Below are positions 49,129 through 58,356 of a stretch of DNA of 61,905 bases, piece by piece. This DNA comes from Pseudonocardiaceae bacterium. GTDB lineage: Bacteria; Actinomycetota; Actinomycetes; Mycobacteriales; Pseudonocardiaceae. Where the stretch lies: the NCBI GenBank assembly GCA_036402215.1, contig DASWTI010000205.1, positions 1 to 61,905 on the forward strand, in the 5' to 3' direction. The notes beneath the pieces were generated by a model. That model was not told the origin of the DNA. It ran no database searches and saw only the letters and a list, made by a program, of their open reading frames with translations. Within the stretch, counting starts at the first letter, position 1; every line of letters starts with the position of its first letter. The translations under genes and the position numbers were made by a program.

Positions 49129-49665
49129 TCAGTGGTGGCCCGGGTGGGCGGTGACCGGGACGCGGATCGGCACCGGATTGGGAATGTGCTGCCCGCGGTG
49201 GGTGTCGGGGATGTGCAGGGCGGCGTCGATGGTCGCCGCGCCGGGGCCCTGGAAGAACCACGACACCCTGGTGGCGGCCAACGCCGCGGTGATCGGATCG
49301 GCCAGCTCCGCACGGGCACAACGGAAGGCCGCGGCCCGGTCATCGGCGTACACGGCGATCACATCGACCGTGTGGTCGGACGGCCGCACCGCGACCGACA
49401 GCACCACCACCCGCGACCCCGGCCACCCACGGCCCCCAGCGGGCAGCGCGGCGTCCCCATGGGCACCGGTGTCCTGCACGGGCTGTGCCGGGGTGTGGTC
49501 GGTGGGCGCGAGGAACGCCACGACACACCAATCAGCACCGAGCCCCCGGATCCGGCGCCGCACCTCCTCCGACGTCCCGGCCGGGAACAGCCCCGGAGAC
49601 AGCCCGGACAACCCCACGGACAGTGCCGTGGCCCGTGCCGTGGTGGACGGTTCAGCGTCGTTCAT
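49129..49665 (-). CDS. Hypothetical protein (has a decayed paralog at 11330..11475)
   Basis: 178-aa ORF, GC3-rich. The C-terminus contains SWFFQGPGAATIDAALHIPD. Confidence 0.5.
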   Translation of the reverse strand: MNDAEPSTTARATALSVGLSGLSPGLFPAGTSEEVRRRIRGLGADWCVVAFLAPTDHTPAQPVQDTGAHGDAALPAGGRGWPGSRVVVLSVAVRPSDHTVDVIAVYADDRAAAFRCARAELADPITAALAATRVSWFFQGPGAATIDAALHIPDTHRGQHIPNPVPIRVPVTAHPGHH

Positions 49666-50189
49666 GTCGCATCCCTGCAGCTCATGTTGCCGGTGATGTG
49701 CGGGCCGGGCAGACCCCCTTGTGAGAGAAGGGAATGCGGCCTGCCCGGCCCGTTCCGGTGCGAATCCGGATCAGGGCCGCGTACCCCGCGCGTCAGGGCG
49801 CGGCCCCGGGAGGCGCCCCGCCGGTAGGCGGGCGGAGCGCGTGTTCCGCACACCCGAACCCATGGGCCAGGTGCCGGAACGCGAGCACGACGCCGGGTGA
49901 CGCCAACGACCGTGCCCGAACTCGAGGGGGGGTGGCCGGGCGGCGGGTACGGACCGAACGCCCATCCCGGCCAGCACCCACCGCCCAACCGCGGCGAGCA
50001 GTGACAGCTGCCCGCCGCATGACGTGCCCGTGTCACGCCCACCGGGTTCGTCTCATGGATCGTCGGGGCAATGAACGAACCGCGGGACTCCCGGCGTGGT
50101 GGCATGACCGTCGAGCACCAGGCCCTACCAGTCAGGAACACTCCGGCGGCCGTGGTCCCGGATCCGCGGCAACGGCAGCGTCACACCGT

Positions 50190-50420
50190 TCATCGCCGTC
50201 TGCCGGGCCGGTCGCCTGCCGAGCTCGGCCGCCGCCAGCTCGGCCCGGCGCCGCCAGCTCGGCCATGACGCCGAATCTGCTCGACCACTCGCTCCCGGGT
50301 GACCTGACCACGCCAGCTCCGCCAGCACGACACCGCGAGACCCGCCCCGAGCGCCGCCAGCACCACCACCGACCAGAGGGCGCTGGTGTTGATCCACCAG
50401 TCGTAGTCCCCGCGCGTCAT
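50190..50420 (-). CDS. Possible small membrane protein
   Basis: MTRGDYDWWINTSALWSVVVLAALGAGLAVSCW has one TM helix. The tail is Arg-rich and may be spurious. Confidence 0.25.
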   Translation of the reverse strand: MTRGDYDWWINTSALWSVVVLAALGAGLAVSCWRSWRGQVTRERVVEQIRRHGRAGGAGPSWRRPSSAGDRPGRRR

Positions 50421-50985
50421 CGCCCGTCTCCCAGGGCGGAGCTGCTGCGCGGTCGCGCCCGCAGGATCGGGCGTGCCCGAGCGACCCGGCGTGGCCCATG
50501 TCTGTGGGCAGCAACTGTCATGTGCGAAGCGTCTTCGATCAAGCACCCCGTGGCACCGGCGATGCGCTGCATTCCCGCTGCACTTCCGCCGCAGAAGCCG
50601 CCAAGAAGAGACACTCCCTCGGATCGACGTAGCGCCACGCGGCTTCCTTGTCGGCCAATGGTGGGGCGCCATTGCCCGGCATCGCGTGGTAGACAGCCAA
50701 CCTTTCGTAACGTCGCAGGAGAATGGCATCCGGCCGTTGAGGATGGCGATTGAAGGACCTGCAGCACATGCCGGGTTTCTCGGCCGTGGTTCCGGTGAAT
50801 TCTGCCGAAGCTGCAATGTCCGCGCCGTGCCACCCATTCGGGCCACCTCCTCACCCATATTCGGCCGCTGGCTGTGTGCAATCCGCACCACGTAGTAGGT
50901 AACGCTACGATCTAGTGGACACGGTCGGAAGCGACTGCGAGTACGAGTAGGACCGGGGCGGCGGTGGGGCACGCGGGGAGGTGTC

Positions 50986-52101
50986 ATGCGCGACGGTCAG
51001 GCAACTGTGACCGGCAGTCACGGTTGGAGTTCAACGGGGCTGGTGTCCGGGTTCGTTCTGAAGCTCGCCCGTCAGTCGACGGGCTTGACGCAGGACCAGA
51101 TGGCGGAACGCCTCCAGGTCGACGTCTCCACGGTTCGCGGCTGGGAGTCGGGCCGGCGACCCGTGGCCGCGATGAACACCGGTGAGTTTCTCCGGGTCAG
51201 CACCCGCCTGCGCCGACTCGGCGCGCCGGCGTCGACGAGCAGAAACCTTCGGGAGGCGATCGAGGCGGACGTGGTGCTGTCGACCGGGGTCGGTGCCGGC
51301 CCGAGCTGGGTTGATCCCGACAACCACCCCTTGGCCACCAGCGTGCACCGCAAGGCGCTGACCAACTTGATCACCTGGCCGATGACCGGGCAGCTACCAC
51401 CGCAGCTCGCCGAGTTCAGGCCGAAGACCCCACGCCGAGGCCCCAGCGCGACCCACCCGTCCTTGACGGCCGAGGAGCGCAACCGCTTCTTCGACCACAT
51501 GCTCACCGTGGCCGAACGCGCAGCCCACCACGGCGAGGCACTTCTGAGGCGGCAGGCGGTCTACCTCCTCGGCTTCGACAACCGGCCACGCACGGCGGAT
51601 TGGCTCCGCAACGAGTGGCACCGAGCCGGGCGACGCCCCGCCGGCGACGGCATCACCGCACTCCTCGAAGCACGATCCGCCTCCGTCGCGCTGGCATCGG
51701 CCGGAGACAGCTCCCACATCCACGACTTCGTGACCACCATGACCGGGACCCGCGCAGAGATCGCCAACCTGAACTACTGGGCCTACTGGATCGGCGAGCT
51801 GAACGACGAGCACACCGACGACACCTTCATGCTGACCGACGACACCCGCTCCTGGACCGGCATCCGGCTCCTCCAGCACCTGACCCAACGCCTGTCTCCA
51901 GCCTCCCCACACCTGCCGCTGAACCTCCACACCTTGCACACCCTCGTCGCCTCACGGCCGTCCCTGCTCGAACTCCACAACGGCGTGAGCAGTCCGCTGG
52001 GAACTGCGCTGGACGTCCTGGCTTCGAGTGACGTACTCAGTGCCGTCGGCCGGGACCAGGTCGCAGGCCTGCACTACGCACTCCGCATCGCCAACCGCTA
52101 G
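50986..52101 (+). CDS. XRE-family HTH protein with a large uncharacterised C-terminal domain
   Basis: LKLARQSTGLTQDQMAERLQVDVSTVRGWESG is the HTH. About 300 further residues with no recognised domain. Confidence 0.75.
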   Translation: MRDGQATVTGSHGWSSTGLVSGFVLKLARQSTGLTQDQMAERLQVDVSTVRGWESGRRPVAAMNTGEFLRVSTRLRRLGAPASTSRNLREAIEADVVLSTGVGAGPSWVDPDNHPLATSVHRKALTNLITWPMTGQLPPQLAEFRPKTPRRGPSATHPSLTAEERNRFFDHMLTVAERAAHHGEALLRRQAVYLLGFDNRPRTADWLRNEWHRAGRRPAGDGITALLEARSASVALASAGDSSHIHDFVTTMTGTRAEIANLNYWAYWIGELNDEHTDDTFMLTDDTRSWTGIRLLQHLTQRLSPASPHLPLNLHTLHTLVASRPSLLELHNGVSSPLGTALDVLASSDVLSAVGRDQVAGLHYALRIANR

Positions 52102-52109
52102 GAGCCCGC

Positions 52110-52673
52110 ATGCCCGAGGACAACGTCACCGCGCTCGCCGCCTTCGGCTACGAACTCGGCGTCCTCAAACGCGTCCGCCGCGCCGGCTGGTGGCACGCCG
52201 GCGTCCGCGACCCCGAATCCGTAGCCGAACACACCGCCAGGACCGCCCAACTCGCAGCACTCATCGCAGCCGAGGAAGGTGCCGACCCCATGCGCGCCGC
52301 CTTCCTCGCCCTCTGGCACGACACCCAGGAAACCCGCATCGGCGACATCCCCCACACCGCCCGCCCCTACCTCGACAAACCCAACCCGCAACAAGTCACC
52401 GCGGACCAAACCGAACACCTCCCAACCGCCGTGCGGGACGTCATCCGAGCCGCCGTGAAGGAGTACGAGGCAAAGCAGACACCGGAAGCCCGATGCGCCG
52501 CAGACGCGGACAAACTCGAGATGCTCCTCCAGGCCATCGAATACCGAGAAGCAGGTGTGGCGCGAACGGACGGGTGGATCACCTCCGCCCAGAAAGGACT
52601 GACCACCCACACTGCCCAACGGATCGCCGACGCCGCACTCATCACATCGCCCTTGGAATGGCGCCGTCGATAA
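52110..52673 (+). CDS. HD-domain phosphohydrolase (YfbR / HD_3-like 5'-nucleotidase type)
   Basis: GGAG lies before ATG 52110, 8 nt after the XRE stop. RAGWWHAGVRDPESVAEHT, LALWHDTQETRIGDIP and ADADKLEML. Confidence 0.8.
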   Translation: MPEDNVTALAAFGYELGVLKRVRRAGWWHAGVRDPESVAEHTARTAQLAALIAAEEGADPMRAAFLALWHDTQETRIGDIPHTARPYLDKPNPQQVTADQTEHLPTAVRDVIRAAVKEYEAKQTPEARCAADADKLEMLLQAIEYREAGVARTDGWITSAQKGLTTHTAQRIADAALITSPLEWRRR

Positions 52674-52989
52674 CAGCAGGCAGATCGATATCGCAACGCA
52701 TGCAACCCCCGCAGAGCGCGAGTCGAATGACGGAGAAAACCCGGCCCAGGATGGGGCATAATGGCCACCGACTCGTGGAGCACTGCGGGCGTCCAACCAA
52801 ACAGCTGGCCTGCTGGCCACACCACAGCGACTACCACGGGCGGTGGTAAGCAGGTTGATTTGCGAGTGGCTCGTCCTTGGCCCGCTGAACCTGGCAAAGC
52901 ACCTGCCGTCGACGACCAACGGTAACATGCCTAACTGACCGAAGGCGCCTCGCCGGTTCGGGTCGAGGACCCGCCTACGACCAGCGTCA

Positions 52990-54024
52990 ATGAGACTACT
53001 GATAGTGGGAGCGCGAGTGGTGGCCACAGGAGCGAAACTCCGAGCATTACGGTCACTCCGTTATGATCCGCCAGGCTACGCGAAAAAAGGGGCGCGTCGT
53101 ACGACTTTCCAGACCTCCCTAGAGCAGGGCGAACAGTTCCTGCAAGCAGCCAAGGTTGCCGGCTACTCCACGCGCCCTGTCCAACTCTTCTACGCTCTGT
53201 CGCAGGCGGGGCGCGCCATCACAGCGGCGTCACCACGCGTGGGAAACCAGGAGTGGAAGGTAGGCGGACATGGCCTGAGTGTTCAACCCGCGGACCGCGC
53301 CTCTGAGGTCACCGTTACCGCCAGCGGGTCCGGCTTGTTCGCTACAGTGGCCTCTGCGCTCGGCGTCGAGCCCTTTACGCCACGTGAGCAGATAGCGCTT
53401 CATGAACTTTGGCCGATCCTGCCCGAGACGGCCTTCAATCCACTGACCTCCGATTTCATGTTTCCCGCACTATTGTTCTTCCAACAGGGATGGCCCGAGG
53501 AGGAAAGGTTCTCCAGCGCCAGAGTCAGCTGGATACCGCCCGCCGTTAAAGGACTATGTGGTGACGATCCCGGACGCGTAGTGGAGTACCTCGCTCGCTA
53601 TCCAGCATTGAGAGGCAGCTCACCGACACTGTCACGTCCCATGCGCCACGTCCCATGGAGCAGCGCAGGACCTGGCCTTACGCTCAATGTCGAGTGGCGC
53701 GGCGAGCCGCCGCAACTTCCGGCGCTGGACACGAAGACGCTACGTGAGATCGGCATCGTGTCGTACAGGTCCGCCGACGACCTCCTGGCGACTCCGACAG
53801 TGGGATCAATGTCAACCGGCCTGCATCCGTTCCTGGCGTTGTGGGCCACACTGCTGGCGCTATCGTCGCTGGCAAGGTACGAGCCAGCCAAGTGGTCGAC
53901 GGTACTTGATGTCGACCGATCACCCGAGGCGAGTTCAATCGAACATCTGCTTGACGAGTCCGTGGAATCGATTCCTGCAGCCGTACTGAACATCCTCACT
54001 TCTATCCAGCAGCGGACGCAGTAG
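52990..54024 (+). CDS. YaaC-like family protein
   Basis: RPVQLFYALSQAGRAITAA near the N-terminus. C-terminal HPFLALWATLLALSSLARYEPAKW...SIEHLLDESVESIPAAV matches the YaaC pattern. Lower GC than neighbours. The start is uncertain (52990 or 53017). Confidence 0.6.
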   Translation: MRLLIVGARVVATGAKLRALRSLRYDPPGYAKKGARRTTFQTSLEQGEQFLQAAKVAGYSTRPVQLFYALSQAGRAITAASPRVGNQEWKVGGHGLSVQPADRASEVTVTASGSGLFATVASALGVEPFTPREQIALHELWPILPETAFNPLTSDFMFPALLFFQQGWPEEERFSSARVSWIPPAVKGLCGDDPGRVVEYLARYPALRGSSPTLSRPMRHVPWSSAGPGLTLNVEWRGEPPQLPALDTKTLREIGIVSYRSADDLLATPTVGSMSTGLHPFLALWATLLALSSLARYEPAKWSTVLDVDRSPEASSIEHLLDESVESIPAAVLNILTSIQQRTQ

Positions 54025-54096
54025 TAGTAGCGGTCACAATGCGAGAACTCTGCGCGCCCTTGGCTGCTTCGCGCAATTTGGGGGGGCAGCACGCCA

Positions 54097-55134
54097 CTAC
54101 ATGGAGCTCGTCGCTGCGGTGCTCGGCCGGGTTGCGCCGAGATGATCGCCAGACAGACGGACAGTGGCCAGGGTGATAAGGGTGCCGGAACGGGGCGCTT
54201 CGATCATCTGCCCCTCCCCCACGTACAGAGCAACGTGGTGAACACGTAGGCCGGTGCCCCAGAACAGCAGGTCGCCGGGTTGGAGTTGGTCGACCGGGAT
54301 GGGGTTGTTGCGGGTGGCGTTGTACTGCTCTTGGGCCGTACGCGGCAGGGTGATGGTGCCGTTGCTGCCTTGGTGGAAGGCGTGGCGGACGAGGCTTGAG
54401 CAGTCGAAGCCGATGACGTGGGTGTCGGGTGGCATGCCTCGGCTGGGGCCGGTGAGGGTGCCGCCGCCCCAGGCGTAGGGGGTGCGGCCGACGTGGGCCT
54501 GGGCGGCGGCGATGACGGCGGTGATGAGGTCGTCGGCCGGGGGTGCGAGGGCGTAGGTGGTGGTGGCCAGGTCGCGGACCTTGCGGACGTACAGGGTGGT
54601 TTCGGGGAAGGGTGGGATGCCGTTGTGGCGGCGGACGTTGCCGGGGCCGGCGTTGTAGGCGGCGAGCGCCAGGTCAACGAGCTGGCCGGTAAGGCTGGTC
54701 CAGCCGCGGAGCAGGTCGACGAGGTGGCACATGTACCGGGTCTGGGTGGGGATGGCGTCGGCGGGGTCGCGGGGGTTGGCGGTGCCGTCGCCGTTGTGGT
54801 CGCGGCCGAACTCGGCCCAGGTGCCGGGGATGAACTGGGCAAGGCCGGTGGCCTGGGAGCCGGTGTTGTAGGCGTCGGGATTCCAGGAGGATTCGACGTG
54901 GATCTGGGCGGCGAGCAAGGGCGCGGTGACTTCTGGGCAGGCCGCCGCTGCGACGCTGAGCGGTGCGAGCGCCCAGGTGGGGATCGCGGCTTCGTTGAGT
55001 TGGGCGGCAACCGGTGCCGGTCGGCCGGGGAGGGCCGTGGTGGTGGCGCCCATGGTGAGGAGGAGCACCAGCAGCATCGCCACCGGCAGCGCGGCAATCG
55101 CACCAATGGCGGGCAGCGGCGATGGCCGGTTCAT
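54097..55134 (-). CDS. Secreted cell-wall hydrolase: lytic transglycosylase (SLT) plus NlpC/P60 domains
   Basis: TM/signal AIAALPVAMLLVLLL. SLT motifs HVESSWNPDAY..ATGLAQF. NlpC/P60 motifs GFDCSSLVRHAF and HHVALYVG. Confidence 0.8.
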   Translation of the reverse strand: MNRPSPLPAIGAIAALPVAMLLVLLLTMGATTTALPGRPAPVAAQLNEAAIPTWALAPLSVAAAACPEVTAPLLAAQIHVESSWNPDAYNTGSQATGLAQFIPGTWAEFGRDHNGDGTANPRDPADAIPTQTRYMCHLVDLLRGWTSLTGQLVDLALAAYNAGPGNVRRHNGIPPFPETTLYVRKVRDLATTTYALAPPADDLITAVIAAAQAHVGRTPYAWGGGTLTGPSRGMPPDTHVIGFDCSSLVRHAFHQGSNGTITLPRTAQEQYNATRNNPIPVDQLQPGDLLFWGTGLRVHHVALYVGEGQMIEAPRSGTLITLATVRLSGDHLGATRPSTAATSSM

Positions 55135-55643
55135 GAGCTGCTGGTGTCGGCGATGTTGACCTGGCTGATGCGCCAGCCGGCCGGGGTGGAGCGGACGGTG
55201 CAGTAGAAGACCAGGGATGGCAGGGATTGCTGCCATCCGTTTTCGGCGACGGCGGTGCGGGTGACGATGACCCCGGCCGGCTGGTCGCTGCCGTCGAGGA
55301 CCGGTGGCGGGTCATCGTGCACGGGCTCGGCGGTGGCACGGATCCGGGCGCGGTGTTCGTGTAGTAGCGACCAGGTGGGGTCGGTGCCGTGGCCGGCCAC
55401 CTGGTCGACCAGCCCGGAGGTTCCGTATTCACGGGCGGCGCGGAGCCGGGCCGCGGACGAGTCGGCGTCCACCGTGGCGTCGATGCTGACAGCGGCGACG
55501 GCGAAGCGAGCACAGGTCTCGGTGACCGCGGATCGAATGTCGGCCACCGGGCGGGCGGGTGGCGCCGGCGGCGGCGAGCTGTATCCACCCGCCGCGATCA
55601 GCGCGGTGACGGCGATGGCTGTGCTGCGCCAATGGTTGTCCAT
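55131..55643 (-). CDS. Hypothetical exported or anchored protein of the conjugative block
   Basis: MDNHWRSTAIAVTALIAAGG N-terminus. ATGA overlap with the downstream hydrolase gene. Confidence 0.5.
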   Translation of the reverse strand: MDNHWRSTAIAVTALIAAGGYSSPPPAPPARPVADIRSAVTETCARFAVAAVSIDATVDADSSAARLRAAREYGTSGLVDQVAGHGTDPTWSLLHEHRARIRATAEPVHDDPPPVLDGSDQPAGVIVTRTAVAENGWQQSLPSLVFYCTVRSTPAGWRISQVNIADTSSS

Positions 55644-55672
55644 GATCGTCCCCCTGTCGATCGTGGCCTTCC

Positions 55673-55996
55673 TCAACGTCGGAGGGCTGCGGGGCCCACT
55701 GCGGCGAGCGGCGGCCGGGACCGGTGCTGTGATGGGGCCCCGGGGAGCAGCCGGGGCGAGCCGTCAGCTGGCCCGCGCATTGCGGGCACCTCGGGCAACG
55801 ACAGGTCCAGGTCCTGCCTGAGCTGCTCGAAGATTGGAGTGGCTGAGCTGCTCGGCGGAGGCGTCGGCCGAGGAAGCCCGGTGCTGGCCGGTTGCTCGAC
55901 CGGCGGTAGGCCGGCAGCCGCGGCCAGGGCATCGAAGATCGGCGTGGCCGACGGAGGCTTCAGGCCGTCCGCGCGATGAGCAGCTTCGCGGTGCAT
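55673..55996 (-). CDS. Possible Pro-rich protein with a duplicated ATPIF(D/E) motif
   Basis: PPSATPIFDALAAAAGLPP...SSSATPIFEQLRQDL. Low complexity. The 5' end overlaps the truncated integrase. Confidence 0.25.
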   Translation of the reverse strand: MHREAAHRADGLKPPSATPIFDALAAAAGLPPVEQPASTGLPRPTPPPSSSATPIFEQLRQDLDLSLPEVPAMRGPADGSPRLLPGAPSQHRSRPPLAAVGPAALRR

Positions 55997-56865
55997 CCCG
56001 CCGGGACGCAGTCGTGCTCGTCGCCGGTGTTGTGGCGGACATGCAGGTCCCGCCAGCGCAATGCGCACAGCTCACCGCGACGGGCACCCGTGGTCATGGC
56101 CACCCACACGTAGGGACCGATGCCCCGACGCCAGCACTCCGTGAGCAGCGCGACGGCGTCCTCCGGCGACGGCGGCGCGGGGTTGGGAGCCGGCGGTGCG
56201 GGTGGCCGAGCCCGGACCATCGGGTTGATCGTCAGCCATTCCCAACGGATCGCGTTGGTGTAGGCGCAGTTCAGCAGGGAATGAATCTTGCGGATGGTCG
56301 CCGGCCCGAGGCCCCGGCACCGATGGCGACGGCACCGGCGATCGCAGGCGTGCTCGTCGGTCGTCCGGTGCTGCACCCCGCTGCCGTCGCAGTGATCACG
56401 ACACCGGCGCAACTCGGCGTAGAAGGAGTCAAGGACCTGGGCGGGGAGGCTGCCCATCGGCCGGTCCCCGATCAGCGGGTAAACGTGCTTCCGCGCGTAG
56501 CCCGTCAGCGAACGCAAGGTCCGCGGCTCCACCTGCGCGACCGCCAGGTGCGACTCCACCAGGTGCCGGACAGGCGCGCTGGTCCGCTCGTGACGGCCCT
56601 CGTCGACCTGGCGGAGCAGGTCCTGCCTGGTCTTCTCCGCCCGCTCGGCCTGCCGCGGCCCCGGCTTGACCAACGCCCTCAGATACAGGTCACGACCGGT
56701 CACCACGTCCGTACCGGCATAGACCCGGACCCGCAGCGACCCGCTGCGCAACGTCTCGATGTTCCCCTGCGGGCGCACGCGCCCGGAGGAGGTCCCCCCG
56801 AACTCCCCCACCTCATCAGGATAGGTAGCCGTCCGGGCCGGACGGCGGTTCATGCCACGAACCAT
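55960..56865 (-). pseudogene. Tyrosine integrase with its catalytic C-terminal half missing
   Basis: Typical actinomycete integrase N-terminal and core-binding region (YPDEVGEFGG..NIETLRSGSLRVRVYAG; ..AMTTGARRGELCALRWRDL). It stops about 20 aa after the first catalytic Arg. No HxxR...Y region. Confidence 0.7.
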
Positions 56866-56979
56866 GCCACGCGATCCCTTCCAAGATCGCCGGCAGAGCC
56901 GCCGTGGACGCCTCACCGAGAGGCATAGAGTGGGGTTGACCTGCGGAAACACCCGCTGAAGTGGATCGTGCCAACTGGG

Positions 56980-57051
56980 TGCCCCCGGCAGGATTCGAAC
57001 CTGCGCTCCCGCCTCCGGAGGGCGGTGCTCTATCCCCTGAGCTACGGGGGC
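56980..57051 (-). tRNA. tRNA-Arg (anticodon CCG)
   Basis: Reverse complement is GCCCCCGTAGCTCAGGGGATAGAGCACCGCCCTCCGGAGGCGGGAGCGCAGGTTCGAATCCTGCCGGGGGCA. It has a 7-bp acceptor stem, GTTCGAATC T-loop and anticodon loop CTCCGGA. CCA is not encoded. Confidence 0.85.
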
Positions 57052-57127
57052 GCGCCGCGTGGTGGCGGCCCGGGGTGAAGCGTAGCGCACGGGGCGCGGG
57101 GGCCGCGCAGGCCCTAGCCTTCGGGGC

Positions 57128-58294
57128 ATGGCGGGCGACGGGCGTGAGTTCGATGTGGTGGTGCTGGGGGCTACCGGGTTCACGGGGCGGCTGACGGCGG
57201 AGTACCTGGCTCGGCAGGGGGACAGCGGGACGCGGTGGGCCGTGGCGGGGCGGAACAAGGGGAAGCTGGCGGCGCTGCGGGACGAGCTCGGGGTGGACGT
57301 GCCGATCGTGCACGCGGACTCGGACGACCTCGGTTCGCTGCGGGACCTCGCCGGGCGGACGCGGGTGGTGGCGACGACGGTGGGGCCGTACCTCGTGTAC
57401 GGGGAGCGGCTGGTCCAGGCGTGCGCGGAGCTGGGCACGGACTACGTGGACCTCACGGGTGAGCCGGAGTTCGTGGACCTCATGTACCTGCGGCATCACG
57501 ACACGGCGGTGCGCAGCGGCGCGCGGATCGTGCACGCGTGCGGTTTCGACTCGATCCCGCACGACCTGGGGGCGTACTTCACGGTGCGTCAGCTGCCGGA
57601 GGGTGTTCCGCTGCGGGTCGAGGGGTACGTGCGCGCCAGCGGCCGGATCTCGGGCGGGACGCTGCACTCCGCGCTGACGGCGTTCGGCCGTGGGCGCCAG
57701 ATGGCGGTGATCGGGAAGCGGCGGCGCCGGGCCGAGCACGCCGGTGACCGGGATGCCCGCGCGGTGGCGGGGCGGCCACGGCTGGACCGGGCGCTCGGCG
57801 GCTGGGTGCTGCCGCTGCCGACCATCGACCCGCAGGTGGTGCGGCGCTCGGCGGCGGCGCTGGAGCGCTACGGGCCGAGCTTCCGCTACTCGCACTACGC
57901 GGTGCTGCCGAACCTGCTCACGACGGTCGGCGTCGTCGGCGGCGTCGGGGTGCTGTTCGCCGGCGCGCAGCTGCCGGTGACGCGCCGCTGGCTGCTGTCC
58001 CGCCTGCCGGCCGGCGAGGGGCCGTCGGCCAAGCAGCGCGAGGACTCCTGGTTCAGCGTCCGCTTCGTCGGCGAGGGCGGCGGCCGGCGCGTGGTCACCG
58101 AGGTCTCCGGCGGCGACCCCGGCTACGGCGAGACGGCCAAGATGCTGGCCGAGTCGGCGCTCTGCCTGGCGCACGACGACCTGCCGCCGACGGCGGGTCA
58201 GGTGACGACGGCGCCGGCCATGGGTGACGCGCTGATCGCACGGTTGCAGAAGGCGGGCATCGCGTTCACGGTCCTGGAGTCCTCGGAAGGCTGA
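57128..58294 (+). CDS. Saccharopine-dehydrogenase-like NAD(P)-binding reductase
   Basis: FDVVVLGATGFTGRLTAEYL Rossmann motif. Length and layout are typical of the family. Confidence 0.85.
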   Translation: MAGDGREFDVVVLGATGFTGRLTAEYLARQGDSGTRWAVAGRNKGKLAALRDELGVDVPIVHADSDDLGSLRDLAGRTRVVATTVGPYLVYGERLVQACAELGTDYVDLTGEPEFVDLMYLRHHDTAVRSGARIVHACGFDSIPHDLGAYFTVRQLPEGVPLRVEGYVRASGRISGGTLHSALTAFGRGRQMAVIGKRRRRAEHAGDRDARAVAGRPRLDRALGGWVLPLPTIDPQVVRRSAAALERYGPSFRYSHYAVLPNLLTTVGVVGGVGVLFAGAQLPVTRRWLLSRLPAGEGPSAKQREDSWFSVRFVGEGGGRRVVTEVSGGDPGYGETAKMLAESALCLAHDDLPPTAGQVTTAPAMGDALIARLQKAGIAFTVLESSEG

Positions 58295-58356
58295 CGGGCC
58301 GCCCCGCGATCGTGGCTTTCCGTAACACGGCGGTGGCTCGGCGGCGATGCTCACGC

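Noticed and set aside
50473-50895. ORFs 50473..50895 (+) and 50539..50769 (-) in the lower-GC spacer upstream of the XRE gene.
   Set aside because: They overlap each other, show no motifs and have poor codon bias. The region is more likely a regulatory or decayed sequence.
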